Source: Verrucomicrobiota bacterium (lineage in GTDB: Bacteria; Verrucomicrobiota; Verrucomicrobiia; Limisphaerales; UBA1096). Taken from it: 64,000 bases of DNA. Position 1 is the stretch's first letter. Each line of letters opens with the position of its first letter. The position numbers were made by a program, and so were the translations under genes. Positions 42,801 to 51,600 of the stretch are shown here, one piece after another. Where the stretch lies: NCBI GenBank assembly GCA_030749225.1, contig JASMKO010000061.1:17558-81557 (forward strand). Reading direction: 5' to 3'. The notes under the pieces are model-generated. The model searched no databases. It was given only the letters and a program-made list of their open reading frames with translations, and was not told where the DNA came from.

Positions 42801-43886
42801 ACCGAGTTGTCGAGTTCGACCAACGCAGTGACGCACGTGCGGTTGCAACTTCGCCAGGGCGAGGAACGCGAGCTGCGCGTCAACTTGCCCAACGGGGCCG
42901 AGTTTTGGTCGGCGTTTATTGACAGCAAGGGAGTATTGCCGTGGGAGGATAACGAAGAGGTGGTGATTCCGCTTGAGAAAAGCCCCGGCGAAAACAGTTG
43001 GTCGATGGTTGAATTCTTTTACCAGTCGCCGGTCGGTGCCACGCAAAAAACGATTCAAAGCCCGGTAATTCAGCTGCCGATGGAGAACCTGAAATGGACG
43101 ATCCACGCGCCGACCGGCCTGGAGATTGAGGTGGACGAGGACGCCTCGACGGTGACGTATCAAGAGGAGCGAGCAGCGCAGCCTCAAGGAGGTGTCAGCG
43201 TGAGTTCCCGGGGAGACGAACAGGCTCGGCAAAGTGCTTCAAAACTGTACCTGGACAACGAGAAACAAATCCAGCAGCGCCAAACACAGAAGGCGGAGGA
43301 GATGCTTCAGATCGGCAACCGGAAGATTGAAGAGGGCGATCAGCGGGAGGCGCGCCGCGCGCTGGAGTCGGCCTACAAGTTGTCGCAAAATGACGCCGCA
43401 TTCAACGAGGACGCCCGCGTCCAGTTGCAGAAACTAAAGACCCAGCAGGCGATGATGGGCATCAACATGCGCCGCAATAATTTCATGATGAACAGCGGCG
43501 TGGCCTCGCAACAGGCCGAGCAGCAGCAGGCTGCCATTCCGCTGCAGCAGGGCAAGGGCGTGAATTACACCCAGGCGCAGGTAAAGCAGGTCATGGAGCT
43601 GAACACCATTGAGGACAACACAGCATTCCGACGCTTGGCCGAGCGCATTGTCCGGCAACAGGAGGCGATCGAGGCCGAGACAGGGGCAATACAGGCCACG
43701 CTCCCGGGTGTTGGCCAGGTGCTGAACTTCAGCCAATCGGTGCAGGGCAAGGGCAGCCGGGAACTGCGTGTAGTGCTCACCGCCAAGACTGGTGGTGTGG
43801 GATTTCCAACGGAAAAACTGGTCCTGCTGCTGGCGCTGCTCATCGCGCTTGGCTTGATCCGCCTCGCCGCGCCGAAGCTGGAGTGA
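36852..43886 (+). CDS. Giant (2344 aa) hypothetical exported/membrane protein with an internal duplication
   Basis: Long uninterrupted ORF with high-GC third positions; signal peptide, central TM bundle, C-terminal TM; two homologous beta-rich halves. Confidence 0.85.
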   Translation: MNCSIKKIGITGVMLALGQAAEPSAVEVDKLKINGEVDGEKAGFVITGDFKPRKPEEEKEKLIYSARTENRITHRRGQTEQNISGTVKILQGETKELRFAVNGKGKLVSAKSEQAIEWGLRNDKSGQRYFVLWFDPEKPTRGEVKFTAHFRNTHAQAKAALNAISLSPQGQAVLNAGLINVATAAGYDLAITKANGVTRVTKGLEQASPKSSPSYSFQFSDTTPEVAFSTTESDPDADRIFFDGFDLKGRLADGVAAFSLKGRVEVRHSKGGRLPVVFGGAALASIPATKDYKVGFSGETYTLEFAKGGTYPVNLEFHARIAEKDSWNNIDFGVVPSALRPVKLSGWPSAISFDVKSASKPVVKDGVYDLFLTPRDRLSVRWKETKPVVIPKLFYSAEAAVHIAVGAGLARQINHFDYRVMQGRMSTLELDLIGDGEVVSVNGRNILNWSIKKQEDGRRLVVKLNRQQTANYNLVVRTQTPLGAFPVRFHPLRLVPVNPVRYGGHLRLVNNGAVQLEPVSVDGLSQLSANRFPAASSIAAPANNPKLKPLVYRYSGGDYELEVLADNILPELTVSQLLVYQLGFNEITLDAEVDLEIRDAPLREFTIRIPDGYTVAQLTAAALADYFLGPAENGQRPLRLVFSRPLEGRHLIQLRLEQNQAIKGDTWTIPRLDYVQVKSFRGFVGVSASPGLRLVPAAVKDVNEIAVVFFPKKIPGLQAAYRIKETGWEANLGVERMELELQVDALHLYSIGQGIVYGSSVLNYLIGGKPVSELKVLVPADYANVEFVGRDVRNWKLDEAADNSLTNSYTVYFQSTVFGDYTLLATFERQFNPEGETLAFNGVRPVDVQSEAGYSILIGKERFEQSQPGVEGELIALEPSEIPEEYRLLFDAPILAAYQYSGGGFTLDKRLKPLNRQESLEQVGDRAAFSTQVSNDGQAVTTATYFLKNRGHAHFEVALEKEVDLWEAKVAGRRVIPITQGETILVPLPKGQNPNDPIEVSLKFAPKASDDGEVRVTLPKVSSPLLLAKWNVTPDPDYRLEFVAGSVKQTNERQDLSGFALLKRGDLRLAFLIAGLAAFVGGLLVRCGTRTGRHRWDWQNVLGQLLGWTLMLGSLILLGFVAAYAAGQSLHVEPGLVFTSSVLKASEVLSITVNNLEVDAALYSFTIFLPAVVGIGIWVYRFKSDDDVVHRGGLLVGWLFIAWTTLLVPNGVHCFAGLVILFVLVHVAWPSIAVQINLPAKAPKPPAPVKPTEGAAPAVTATTAILLGLFLSSGTALAQAAKPDGGRLLSMVQSGQAANSRVTLTGTLKWEAKAGSRIQFLSAPAVLKSIDLKDGKLKLAQFTAGKATSQQIIANEAGEYDVDFEYETRMTQVNGMWGFSVPTQPAMVNRLSLEMRGQEIEVTSPDAVSLKHTFTKDRINKVDLVLPPKPGARVNWKPKARDESIEKPVFYAEFQQLFIPTAGIVAGVHDLKVRLAQGQLSELSIVVPDGITVTDVTSKLVASWRFDPETGTLQIQFAAPQKASFDLQVRSQQSAGAFPYEKTLGLLGVNGAAGELGLAALGTGSEVQLDSASVDGLAPINLEDFPAAMAQSVQSEFAGLTVRRAYRYSGRAAGLTLNASAVQPDIRVTSNQRLSLGEDRSVLLVNLAAQVTRAGVFKLSFALPTGLEIESITGNALSHWTDIKDGDDTIVMLHLKGKTEGNAKFQVNLAGAGLEKTESWQVPRVAIREATKESGQLFIIPEQGIRVYMKDREGVSQLDPKQAGIRDRGVLAFRLLQGDWTLSFDVERVDPWIQAVFLQDASIRQGTVKYRGVLEYQIENTSVKTLRVALPEAAEGVGFSGDQVIDFVKDAAAEDGRAVWEVKLDRRMIGKYQLTVSYQVPLAKDAIGQPVEVRSLQAVDVNLQRGFISVRTEGRILLQSGSAPDGLYSVEWSQVPRSLKSALNLEETQLVYRSVKPATLSVTAQNQDIAEVVAAQVVSAKFRTELSSSTNAVTHVRLQLRQGEERELRVNLPNGAEFWSAFIDSKGVLPWEDNEEVVIPLEKSPGENSWSMVEFFYQSPVGATQKTIQSPVIQLPMENLKWTIHAPTGLEIEVDEDASTVTYQEERAAQPQGGVSVSSRGDEQARQSASKLYLDNEKQIQQRQTQKAEEMLQIGNRKIEEGDQREARRALESAYKLSQNDAAFNEDARVQLQKLKTQQAMMGINMRRNNFMMNSGVASQQAEQQQAAIPLQQGKGVNYTQAQVKQVMELNTIEDNTAFRRLAERIVRQQEAIEAETGAIQATLPGVGQVLNFSQSVQGKGSRELRVVLTAKTGGVGFPTEKLVLLLALLIALGLIRLAAPKLE

Positions 43887-43956
43887 GAATCGTGAAACCG
43901 GGCTTTACGGCGGAGCAGTCTGCTGGTAGCCCTGCTGCCTGAACTTAATCCCGGAC

Positions 43957-44283
43957 ATGAATTATTTTTTGGAAACAGAGGTGAAGCCGATTCAGGTCGA
44001 TAACGGCTTGTCACTGCACCAGCGGTATCAATCGATGCGGTACCGTGCGATCCGTTTCCCCGGCAGCGAGCAGGCGAGTGTTCGACCGGCCGTACTCGAC
44101 ACCCGGTTCGGCAATGCGCCCAACGTAACCTCCCCTCTAGCCGGGGCGTCGCTTGGCCAAGCGAGCAGCCGGCTGGCTGCCCAGCCGTTCATTGACTACG
44201 GTCAGCCCGAATTCACCGTGGTCCGCCGCGAGGTCGCCTACGGGGTTAACCCGTTCCCGTCCGGCTTGAACGAGGTCGGCTGA
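43957..44283 (+). CDS. Possible small hypothetical protein
   Basis: 108-aa ORF filling the gap between co-oriented genes and ending 6 bp before the nitrilase start; no motif recognised. Confidence 0.35.
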   Translation: MNYFLETEVKPIQVDNGLSLHQRYQSMRYRAIRFPGSEQASVRPAVLDTRFGNAPNVTSPLAGASLGQASSRLAAQPFIDYGQPEFTVVRREVAYGVNPFPSGLNEVG

Positions 44284-44289
44284 GTTTCG

Positions 44290-45261
44290 ATGAAGGACAC
44301 CAAGGTTGCTTCCGTACAATTCGAACACGCGCCCGGCGATAAGCAGGCGAACCTCGAGAAGGTGCGCCGTTTCACCGCCGAGGCGGCGGAGCAGGGCGTC
44401 GAACTGGTGGTTTTTCCGGAGATGTGCATCACCGGCTACTGGTTTCTGCGTGACCTGAGCCGAGAGCAACTCTTGGCCCTTGTCGAGTCGGTGCCGAGCG
44501 GGCCCACAACGGAGGAATTGCTGCGCTTGGCCAAGCGGCACAACCTGAGCGTCGGGGCCGGCCTGCTCGAGATCACTGACGAAGGCGAGATGTTCAACAG
44601 TTACGTCGTGGCGATGCCGGACGGGCGAACGGTGTGCCACCGAAAGTTGCACGCCTTCGTCAACGAACACATCGCCAGTGGCAGCAGGTTCACGGTGTTC
44701 GATCTCCCCAACGGTAATCGTGCAGCGATCCTAATCTGCTACGACAATAACCTGTTTGAGAACACCCGCATCGTGGCGCTCAAGGGGGCGGAGATATTGA
44801 TCGCGCCTCACCAGACTGGCGGCTGCCGGACGCCAAGTCCTCGCTGCATGGGTGTTATCGACCAGTCGCTGTGGCATGCGCGCGGCGAAAACCGAGAGGC
44901 GATCGAGGCTGAGTTTCTTGGGTCAAAAGGGCGCGAATGGCTGCTGCGGTGGCTGCCGTCGCGTGCGCATGATAACGGAATGTTCCTGATCTTTAGCAAT
45001 GGCGTCGGAATCGACGGCGACGAGGTCCGAACGGGTAACGCGATGATTTTCAATCCTTATGGTGAAATTCTCACGGAAACGTGGGTGGCCGATGACAAAA
45101 TGATCGTTGCCGACCTTGAGGCTGACCAGTTGACGATGAATGTCGGCATGCGTTGGATCCAGACGCGCCGGCCGGACCTGTATGGGAGCCTGGCCAAGCT
45201 GACCGGCCGCGAAATGGATACGCGCACGGTGCGGTTCAAGGGTATTGAAAAGGGGAGTTGA
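44290..45261 (+). CDS. Carbon-nitrogen hydrolase (nitrilase family)
   Basis: Catalytic triad contexts VFPE, HRKLH and LICYD; RAHDNG and RRPDLY motifs. Confidence 0.9.
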   Translation: MKDTKVASVQFEHAPGDKQANLEKVRRFTAEAAEQGVELVVFPEMCITGYWFLRDLSREQLLALVESVPSGPTTEELLRLAKRHNLSVGAGLLEITDEGEMFNSYVVAMPDGRTVCHRKLHAFVNEHIASGSRFTVFDLPNGNRAAILICYDNNLFENTRIVALKGAEILIAPHQTGGCRTPSPRCMGVIDQSLWHARGENREAIEAEFLGSKGREWLLRWLPSRAHDNGMFLIFSNGVGIDGDEVRTGNAMIFNPYGEILTETWVADDKMIVADLEADQLTMNVGMRWIQTRRPDLYGSLAKLTGREMDTRTVRFKGIEKGS

Positions 45262-45285
45262 TCTTCCGCTTGGTCAAGCGCTTGG

Positions 45286-47760
45286 TTATTTGGATATTTT
45301 AATCAACGCACTCCATTCGTCCTTGTAAAAGGCCCGGCTATGAATGGTATTTTTTATGGGTAGCGTCGTTTTATTCGACTCGATTCGTTTGGAAGTGGTT
45401 GATGCCTTGCCGCCAATCTGTCGTGGATCACTGCCGTCGGTGGTGACGAACAGGTCACCGTTCCTCGCTTGAATCGAAACCTGAGACTTGTCCCCGTTGA
45501 GTTGATACACCGGAGCAGCGACATCGGAAATGACCCCGTGTCTGTAAAGCTGTGAAAGAACAATTTCGCTACGTGCGGGGAAGTAATCGTTGACGAGGCG
45601 ATTAATCTCATGAATCCAGTCGTCGTCGCGGTTTCGGGGAGGGCGCTCGGTCGAGGCCTGGCCACCGGAGGGTGTGTAGCTGGAGTCACCCCATCGGGCT
45701 GATTCGCAAACGACTGACATTTCGATTTCATCGATTCGTTCGCGGAATTGTTTCTGAACCATGTCCGGAGTGAGGGCGCCCCCGTTATAAAAGTGTTTCT
45801 GGATGCGGTCGCCAACGCGAATCCGGAACTCCTCATTGTCCAGGCACTGTTGCCAGATCCACTGCGGGTTGCTGGAGGAATAATGGTTGCCGGCTGGAAA
45901 AGGTCCGGTGCGATCCTCGCGAACATCGCGGAGCGTGTGTTCAGCATCCCACACGAAGAAACGGAAACCGTCCCGTTTTTTGCGGTGGCGAAGTCCGTAC
46001 CAGTTGTTTGGGCCGAAGTTTTGCCCCCATGCACTGACCGGCGCGTCGTAGTTGCCCCCATAAAAAATCACCAGCATGTAGTCGATCAGGTTGTCCACCT
46101 CAAGCAGGCATTCGTAGTTGAGATTCCCGGTGCCGTCCGGGTTTTTGCCGAGCATCTTAAAATAAGTCTCGTCCAACTCAAGACCTTCACGAGCGATGTC
46201 ACAAAGCCGGCCCCAGGCATCAAGATTGCCATCGTTAGCCATGACGCCGATGGACATGTCGCGGTCCTTCAGGTAGGTGCGTCCCTTTTTGATCGCATCG
46301 TAGTTTTCCTTTTTGCCGCCGAGATAGGAGGCGCCGTAGGAGGCCTTGATGCGTTCGCAGGTGTTGTACACGCCCCAGTAGTGGCCATTGATGAACAGGT
46401 GGTAAAATTTGCCCCGCGCAGCCGGTTGCCCCATGGCAAGTTGCAGGTCGCGGTTGAATTGGTCCCGGAGAAAAATTGTGCGCTCCTTGTCACCGATATG
46501 CCATGAGTAGTTCTGAAACGTGCGCAAATCAATGTTATCAAATTCCTTGGCTCCTTTGTTACCAAAAAGTGGATAGTCCAGTTTGGACGGGCCGTATGTA
46601 TCACGAAAAAAAAATCTAAAAGAGTGCTTTGGGTTGTTGGAGCGGCGGCTGAATCCACCGCGAATTCGGATGCCGCAGTCGATCTGAAATCCTTTCTCCC
46701 CGTTAGGGTCGATTAACTCGATGGAACAGGGGCGTTCGGCTTCTCTTCCGTCCCATTCAGCATTGGCGTAAATTCCGCGCTTTGCATCGAATAGGTCGTT
46801 GAGGTTCATCACCAGCGAAAACGAGGGCAGTAAATGGAAACCTTTGATGAGATCCTTTGCGAAACGGGGATCGTTCACAATGCGCTGATCCATCCCGTAA
46901 TCAACCTTGTTATTGCCCCAGGTGAACGGGAAATGTTCCGGTGGCAACCCATCGGGAGACTGCCGCACGATATCATCTGAAAATAGAAAAGTTCGTGTTG
47001 TGGGAACTGAGGGTTTGTATCCCTGTTTGAATGCTGCAGTGCGGAGTGTGGTTGTCTTGGCGATATTAATAGGGGATGCATACACCAGTCCGTTTTCTGC
47101 AGTCGGATGTGTGCCATCCAAGGTGAAGCGGATGGTGGCGTCCTTTGTTTTCGTTTTGAGTTGCAGTTGGAACGATTGATGATGCCATCCGCGCTTCTCA
47201 CTGAATTTCACGGGTTTTATCGTGCCAGCGAGTGGCTGAGCATTGGCTTTGCCCGGAGTAGGTGTCAGAAAGCTTCGTTTTCGACTCTCCGCTTGCCTAA
47301 TGTTCCGACTCGGTAAAATGCCGTAGGAGATGTCTTTTTTTTGATCCGGGTATTTTGGAGCAAGTTGATCGATCACGCTTTTGCCGTCGCTGCCGATCAA
47401 CGCGAGGTAATCCCCTTTGCCGCGCAGGGCAAAACTGGCGTGCAACGGTTCGCCCTTGGCGCCCCGATCCTTGCCGGACATGAACACGACCAGGAACTGC
47501 CCGGCCTCGAGCTTGGTTTCTGGAAATGTCCACTTCATCAAGCGCTTGGGGCTGTCTGTCAACGCGGCGCCGCCAAGGTCGACCGGTTTCGCGCCGAAGT
47601 TGTGCAGTTCGATCCAGTCCGAAAAATCACCCTCTTCATCCTGGAGCCCGGAGTCGTTGATGGCGGTAAACTCGTTGATCACCACGGTAGGTTGGGGCTC
47701 TTGGCCAAGCGCAACGGCTGTTGTAAGTATTAAGCCGGCGGCAAGATGGCGAATTTTCAT
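45286..47760 (-). CDS. Secreted CotH-family kinase with lamin-tail and FN3/CHB-like domains
   Basis: Signal peptide; VVINEF.A.N...DWIEL.N (LTD); IRFTLDG..P; GIRIRGG.SR...KHSFR, YWGVY...ER, NNWY and WDAE CotH motifs. Confidence 0.82.
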   Translation of the reverse strand: MKIRHLAAGLILTTAVALGQEPQPTVVINEFTAINDSGLQDEEGDFSDWIELHNFGAKPVDLGGAALTDSPKRLMKWTFPETKLEAGQFLVVFMSGKDRGAKGEPLHASFALRGKGDYLALIGSDGKSVIDQLAPKYPDQKKDISYGILPSRNIRQAESRKRSFLTPTPGKANAQPLAGTIKPVKFSEKRGWHHQSFQLQLKTKTKDATIRFTLDGTHPTAENGLVYASPINIAKTTTLRTAAFKQGYKPSVPTTRTFLFSDDIVRQSPDGLPPEHFPFTWGNNKVDYGMDQRIVNDPRFAKDLIKGFHLLPSFSLVMNLNDLFDAKRGIYANAEWDGREAERPCSIELIDPNGEKGFQIDCGIRIRGGFSRRSNNPKHSFRFFFRDTYGPSKLDYPLFGNKGAKEFDNIDLRTFQNYSWHIGDKERTIFLRDQFNRDLQLAMGQPAARGKFYHLFINGHYWGVYNTCERIKASYGASYLGGKKENYDAIKKGRTYLKDRDMSIGVMANDGNLDAWGRLCDIAREGLELDETYFKMLGKNPDGTGNLNYECLLEVDNLIDYMLVIFYGGNYDAPVSAWGQNFGPNNWYGLRHRKKRDGFRFFVWDAEHTLRDVREDRTGPFPAGNHYSSSNPQWIWQQCLDNEEFRIRVGDRIQKHFYNGGALTPDMVQKQFRERIDEIEMSVVCESARWGDSSYTPSGGQASTERPPRNRDDDWIHEINRLVNDYFPARSEIVLSQLYRHGVISDVAAPVYQLNGDKSQVSIQARNGDLFVTTDGSDPRQIGGKASTTSKRIESNKTTLPIKNTIHSRAFYKDEWSALIKISK

Positions 47761-48464
47761 CGTTTTTCCAGCACTTGGCTTTCGTGCTTGCGGATGGCAT
47801 CGAGTTCCTCGCGGCTGGCTTTACCATCACCGTTGGTATCGAACTCTTTCCAGCGTGAGCGGCGTTCTCCCTGGGTGTCGGAGCGCACACCGCGAAACCC
47901 TGCAATGGTTGAGCGTATGTAACTGTCGTATGGGTTGTAGGTCTTCGACTTTAGGTTAGCCCTAATATGTTGCATTTCCTCAACGTCAATTTTGCCGTTC
48001 TTGTTGGTGTCATAGCGTTTGGTGACGTTTTTGATCTCGATGTCGCGCGCTGTGTCCCACTCGTCCCCGTCGAAGCGGCCGTTTTTGTTTTTATCATATA
48101 ATGCGAGCCAGCGTTCCGGCGGCTTGGGGGAGCCGCCTTCACGGTTGCCTCCCCTACGTTCTCGAGCACGCCGGATTTCGTCGTGTCGCTCATCGGAGAA
48201 TTTTTTCGTGGCTAGGCGCATGGCGTTACGCTCGGTCTTGCTGAGGAAGCCGTCCTTGTCGGCGTCGAATTTCTCAAGCATCGACTTCCGTACCTTGTTA
48301 AGCGGAGCCTCGCCAGGTTTCTCGGGGAAGGCGTATAGGAACGGGCGGGGGATGCTCGTTCTGCGAGATTTTGAACGAGATTCCTGGGCGAACGGATCGG
48401 TCGGAATGATCAGGCTGAAGGCCAGAACAGTTAGTGGTAACAATATCTTTTTCAAATTGGTCAA
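47757..48464 (-). CDS. Exported EF-hand calcium-binding protein
   Basis: Four EF-hand loops: DADKDGFLSKTE, DKNKNGRFDGDE, DTNKNGKIDVEE and DTNGDGKASREE; signal peptide; 4-bp overlap with the CotH gene. Confidence 0.78.
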   Translation of the reverse strand: MTNLKKILLPLTVLAFSLIIPTDPFAQESRSKSRRTSIPRPFLYAFPEKPGEAPLNKVRKSMLEKFDADKDGFLSKTERNAMRLATKKFSDERHDEIRRARERRGGNREGGSPKPPERWLALYDKNKNGRFDGDEWDTARDIEIKNVTKRYDTNKNGKIDVEEMQHIRANLKSKTYNPYDSYIRSTIAGFRGVRSDTQGERRSRWKEFDTNGDGKASREELDAIRKHESQVLEKR

Positions 48465-48493
48465 GCGGGGCAGTCGTGTTACATGACAACATT

Positions 48494-48514
48494 TATGACG
48501 ATTTATTCGTCATA
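48494..48514. promoter_or_regulatory. Candidate operator (inverted repeat)
   Basis: TATGACGA-N5-TCGTCATA perfect 8-bp dyad in an AT-rich intergenic region, 30 bp upstream of the EF-hand gene. Confidence 0.4.
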
Positions 48515-48663
48515 TGTTCGAATGTCTGTTAGCACAGGGAATTAGACAATACGCAGAATCTCAAAAAAGGTTTCAGCTACTATTGTCACAAATATGCGAC
48601 GAATTTACATTACTGTCCGTATGACCGTTAATCAGAAAAGTATAGGTAACTTTGTGGGTCAGA

Positions 48664-51600
48664 TTAGTTGTTTTTTCGAATCAATTTCAGTGAATTCAAG
48701 TCGATCACGAATCCAGAGATGGGCGAAACCGCTTGAACGATCGCCCTCTGATCCCCCTCGTCAAGTTCAACTATGCCGATGTGGGTGGACTTGTACTGAT
48801 CCCATGTGCCGGTGCTGTCGACCTCGTGAACGATCTCGTTCTGGCCGATGCGCAGTTGGATGCGATTGACTTTCGATTTGCCGTCGAGGGCCCAATTTAA
48901 GTGAACATCGTAAACGCCGGCTCTCTTTGTTTTGATCGACCAAGTGGCACGATCGCTTGCAGCACGCCAGAAACCAAGGTTGCTGTACTTTTCTTCAAAC
49001 ACCAATGAGTCCCCGTATATTTCCGCGGTTGCCGCAGTCAGGGACAGCGCGCCTCCTTCATTTTCTTTGACAAGTGTCGGTTTGTTTCCGGGGAACGACT
49101 TTGGAGGGTGGGCGGATGCATTGATGTGAGCAATCAAGTCAGCCAGTTGCTGGTTGTTTAATACCTGCTCAAATCCCTCCGGCATGAGTGAGCGCCCTAG
49201 TCCGGTCAGCGACTGGATGTTAGTCCGCAGTACCTGGCGTTGTTGTCCGTTCAAGTCCATCAGGGCGACGCTGTTTGCCCCCTCACTGCTGATCATGCCG
49301 GCGAGTTGGGTGCCGTCTTTTGTGACAAGGGCGTACACGCTGAATCGATCCTCGACCGCCTGGTTCGGGTTGAGGATGGCGCTCAGCAGGGCACGCGGTG
49401 ATTTGTCGGTGATCGCGGCCAGGTCTGGCCCGGCGGCATTGCCGGTGTTGCCGAGCTTGTGGCACGCCGTGCAGTGTGTGGTGAACAACAATTCTCCGGA
49501 CGCCGCGTCGCCTTTAAGTGAATTCACTTTCGCCAATCGATCGGCCACCAACAGGTCGCGCTGCGTGTTTTGTCGGCCAAAATGCGCTGTCGCTTGTCCG
49601 CGAATCGTCTTGTTGGAATGCTGCTTGAGTAGTTGCCTAAATGCCGTTCCAATTTCGGCGGGGAGAACCAATTTGTTGTCGATCGCAAACAGAAGGCCAA
49701 GTGTCTTTTTTTCATCGTTCAAGATGTGCTGAAGGACGCGGTTTTTGCGGTTCGGAGAGTAACTTTTCCAGTGGGTCAGCAACGGTGCAGTCGCTGGGTC
49801 GCGCTTGTTTAATTCATCCAGCGCAAGGTCGAACAGCGGGGTGGGTGACAGGGCGCCAAGTTGTCGGTGCAGGATCGTCCTTACCTGCTTTGCGTCGTTA
49901 GCGATGTTGGTCAACAGTCGCAGTGCCGCGACTCGGTCGCCGGTTTCAGTGCTGTGGTTCTCGACGATGACCTTCAGCGAGTCGAGCAGTTCGGCATCGA
50001 GGCCCAGCTCTGATCGCGGGAGGTTTCGCTTTTGTGCGTTTTCGAGCAGAGCAGAAAGAGCCGTGAGTCGCCACGTCTCCAGTTTGTCGATTTTGGTTGT
50101 GAGGTTGAGGAGCAGTTTTTTGATTTCATCGGTGGAAGCCTCGGCACCGGCCAGGGCAAGAAGGTTTCCAGTAAGTGGCCCGTACGAGCGAATATCGCCC
50201 TCGTTGATCAGGTCCTTGAGTATGTTCACGGAGTGGTCGCTAGCTGATGAAGCGATGGCCGTTTGAAGGTCAGGATCACCTGAGGAGCGCATGGCCAAGC
50301 GGCCAAGAAGCCTGCTGGCGATGGGGGATTTCCATTCGCCGAGGGAGAAAGCCATCTGGGCGAGGACACGTGGGTCGGAGTCGGATACCGCCTGGGCAAG
50401 CGTTTGGTCAAGGTCATCCACCTGACCTGTGCGGAACAGCGATTCGGCAACCCGAATGGCGTGCTCCCGAACGCCGGGGTGCCGGTCTTCCAAGCCTTGG
50501 CGGATGTGTTCCGGCTGGATTTGTTTCAGTCCGTCAAGGGTGCAAAGCGCATGTAAACGGGCTGTCGGTCTGTCGCTGTTTTTGAGTAGTTTGGCCAAGT
50601 GAGGCACCGCGGAGGCATCGCCCCGGTCGACCAGCAGTCGTTGCGCGGTGTCCCGTTGCCAGCCGCTTGGGCTGTCAAGTGCGGCGACCAGCTCAGGTAC
50701 AGTTTTCACGGCTAAGCTGTGAAAGGGGCGCGGTATTTTGTTTGCAGGGAAAACTCGGTAAAGGCGACCACGGTCGGAGCCGGCTCGAAGCTGCAACTTG
50801 CGCTCCACGTCGTTTGGGATCCATTCCGGATGCTCGAGAACTAGACGGTAAAAATCGGCAATCCACAACGCACCGTCCGGGCCGGTTTTGAGCATGATGG
50901 GTCGAAACCACGCATCCCGCGAGGCGATAAACTCCTGTCCATTGGCACCCTCGGGCCGGCTGCTTTTGAAGCTAAGCCTGTCCGGCGTAAGTACTTCTCG
51001 GCGTACGACATTGTATGCCGGAGCACTTACGAAAAGTAGTTGTCCGGTCGGTTTGTCAAATAACTCGTCACGATATGGAGTAGGACTGTTGCCGGCTGTA
51101 ATATGCTTAGCCGTGCCAACTAAATTGAAGCGTTGTACCGGTTGACTGATACTTTTGATCAGGTGGGACCGGTTGTAGTTGCCAAGCGTTTGCCTGTTGC
51201 GTGCTGTAGTTAGTTGGGGGTTGCGGCGAATGTAATGCTCTGGGAAAGGGTAATTCCATCCAATGAACGAGTTGTTATTGCCAAACCAGTTGCCCCAGTC
51301 ATCGCGTCGTCGACCAAACTGCGTTTGTCCTGCCTGCGTATCAAAAGCAAGCGTGTTCGGGTTAAACCGAAAATCGCGACCACGAATGTTGATAGAATGT
51401 TGTTTACCGGGAGATCTTATGGTGCCACCACTGTCGCCATTTGCCGCATACACCCAGTTGTCCAGGCCATATTCAAAGCCGTTCATTCGATGCTGCTGGT
51501 TGCCCTCACCAAACCCGGTGAAGAGTACCTTGGTTTCGTCCGCCGTCCCGTCACCGTTGGTGTCTCGTGCAAAAAGGATGTTAGGAGTTGCGCTGACGAG

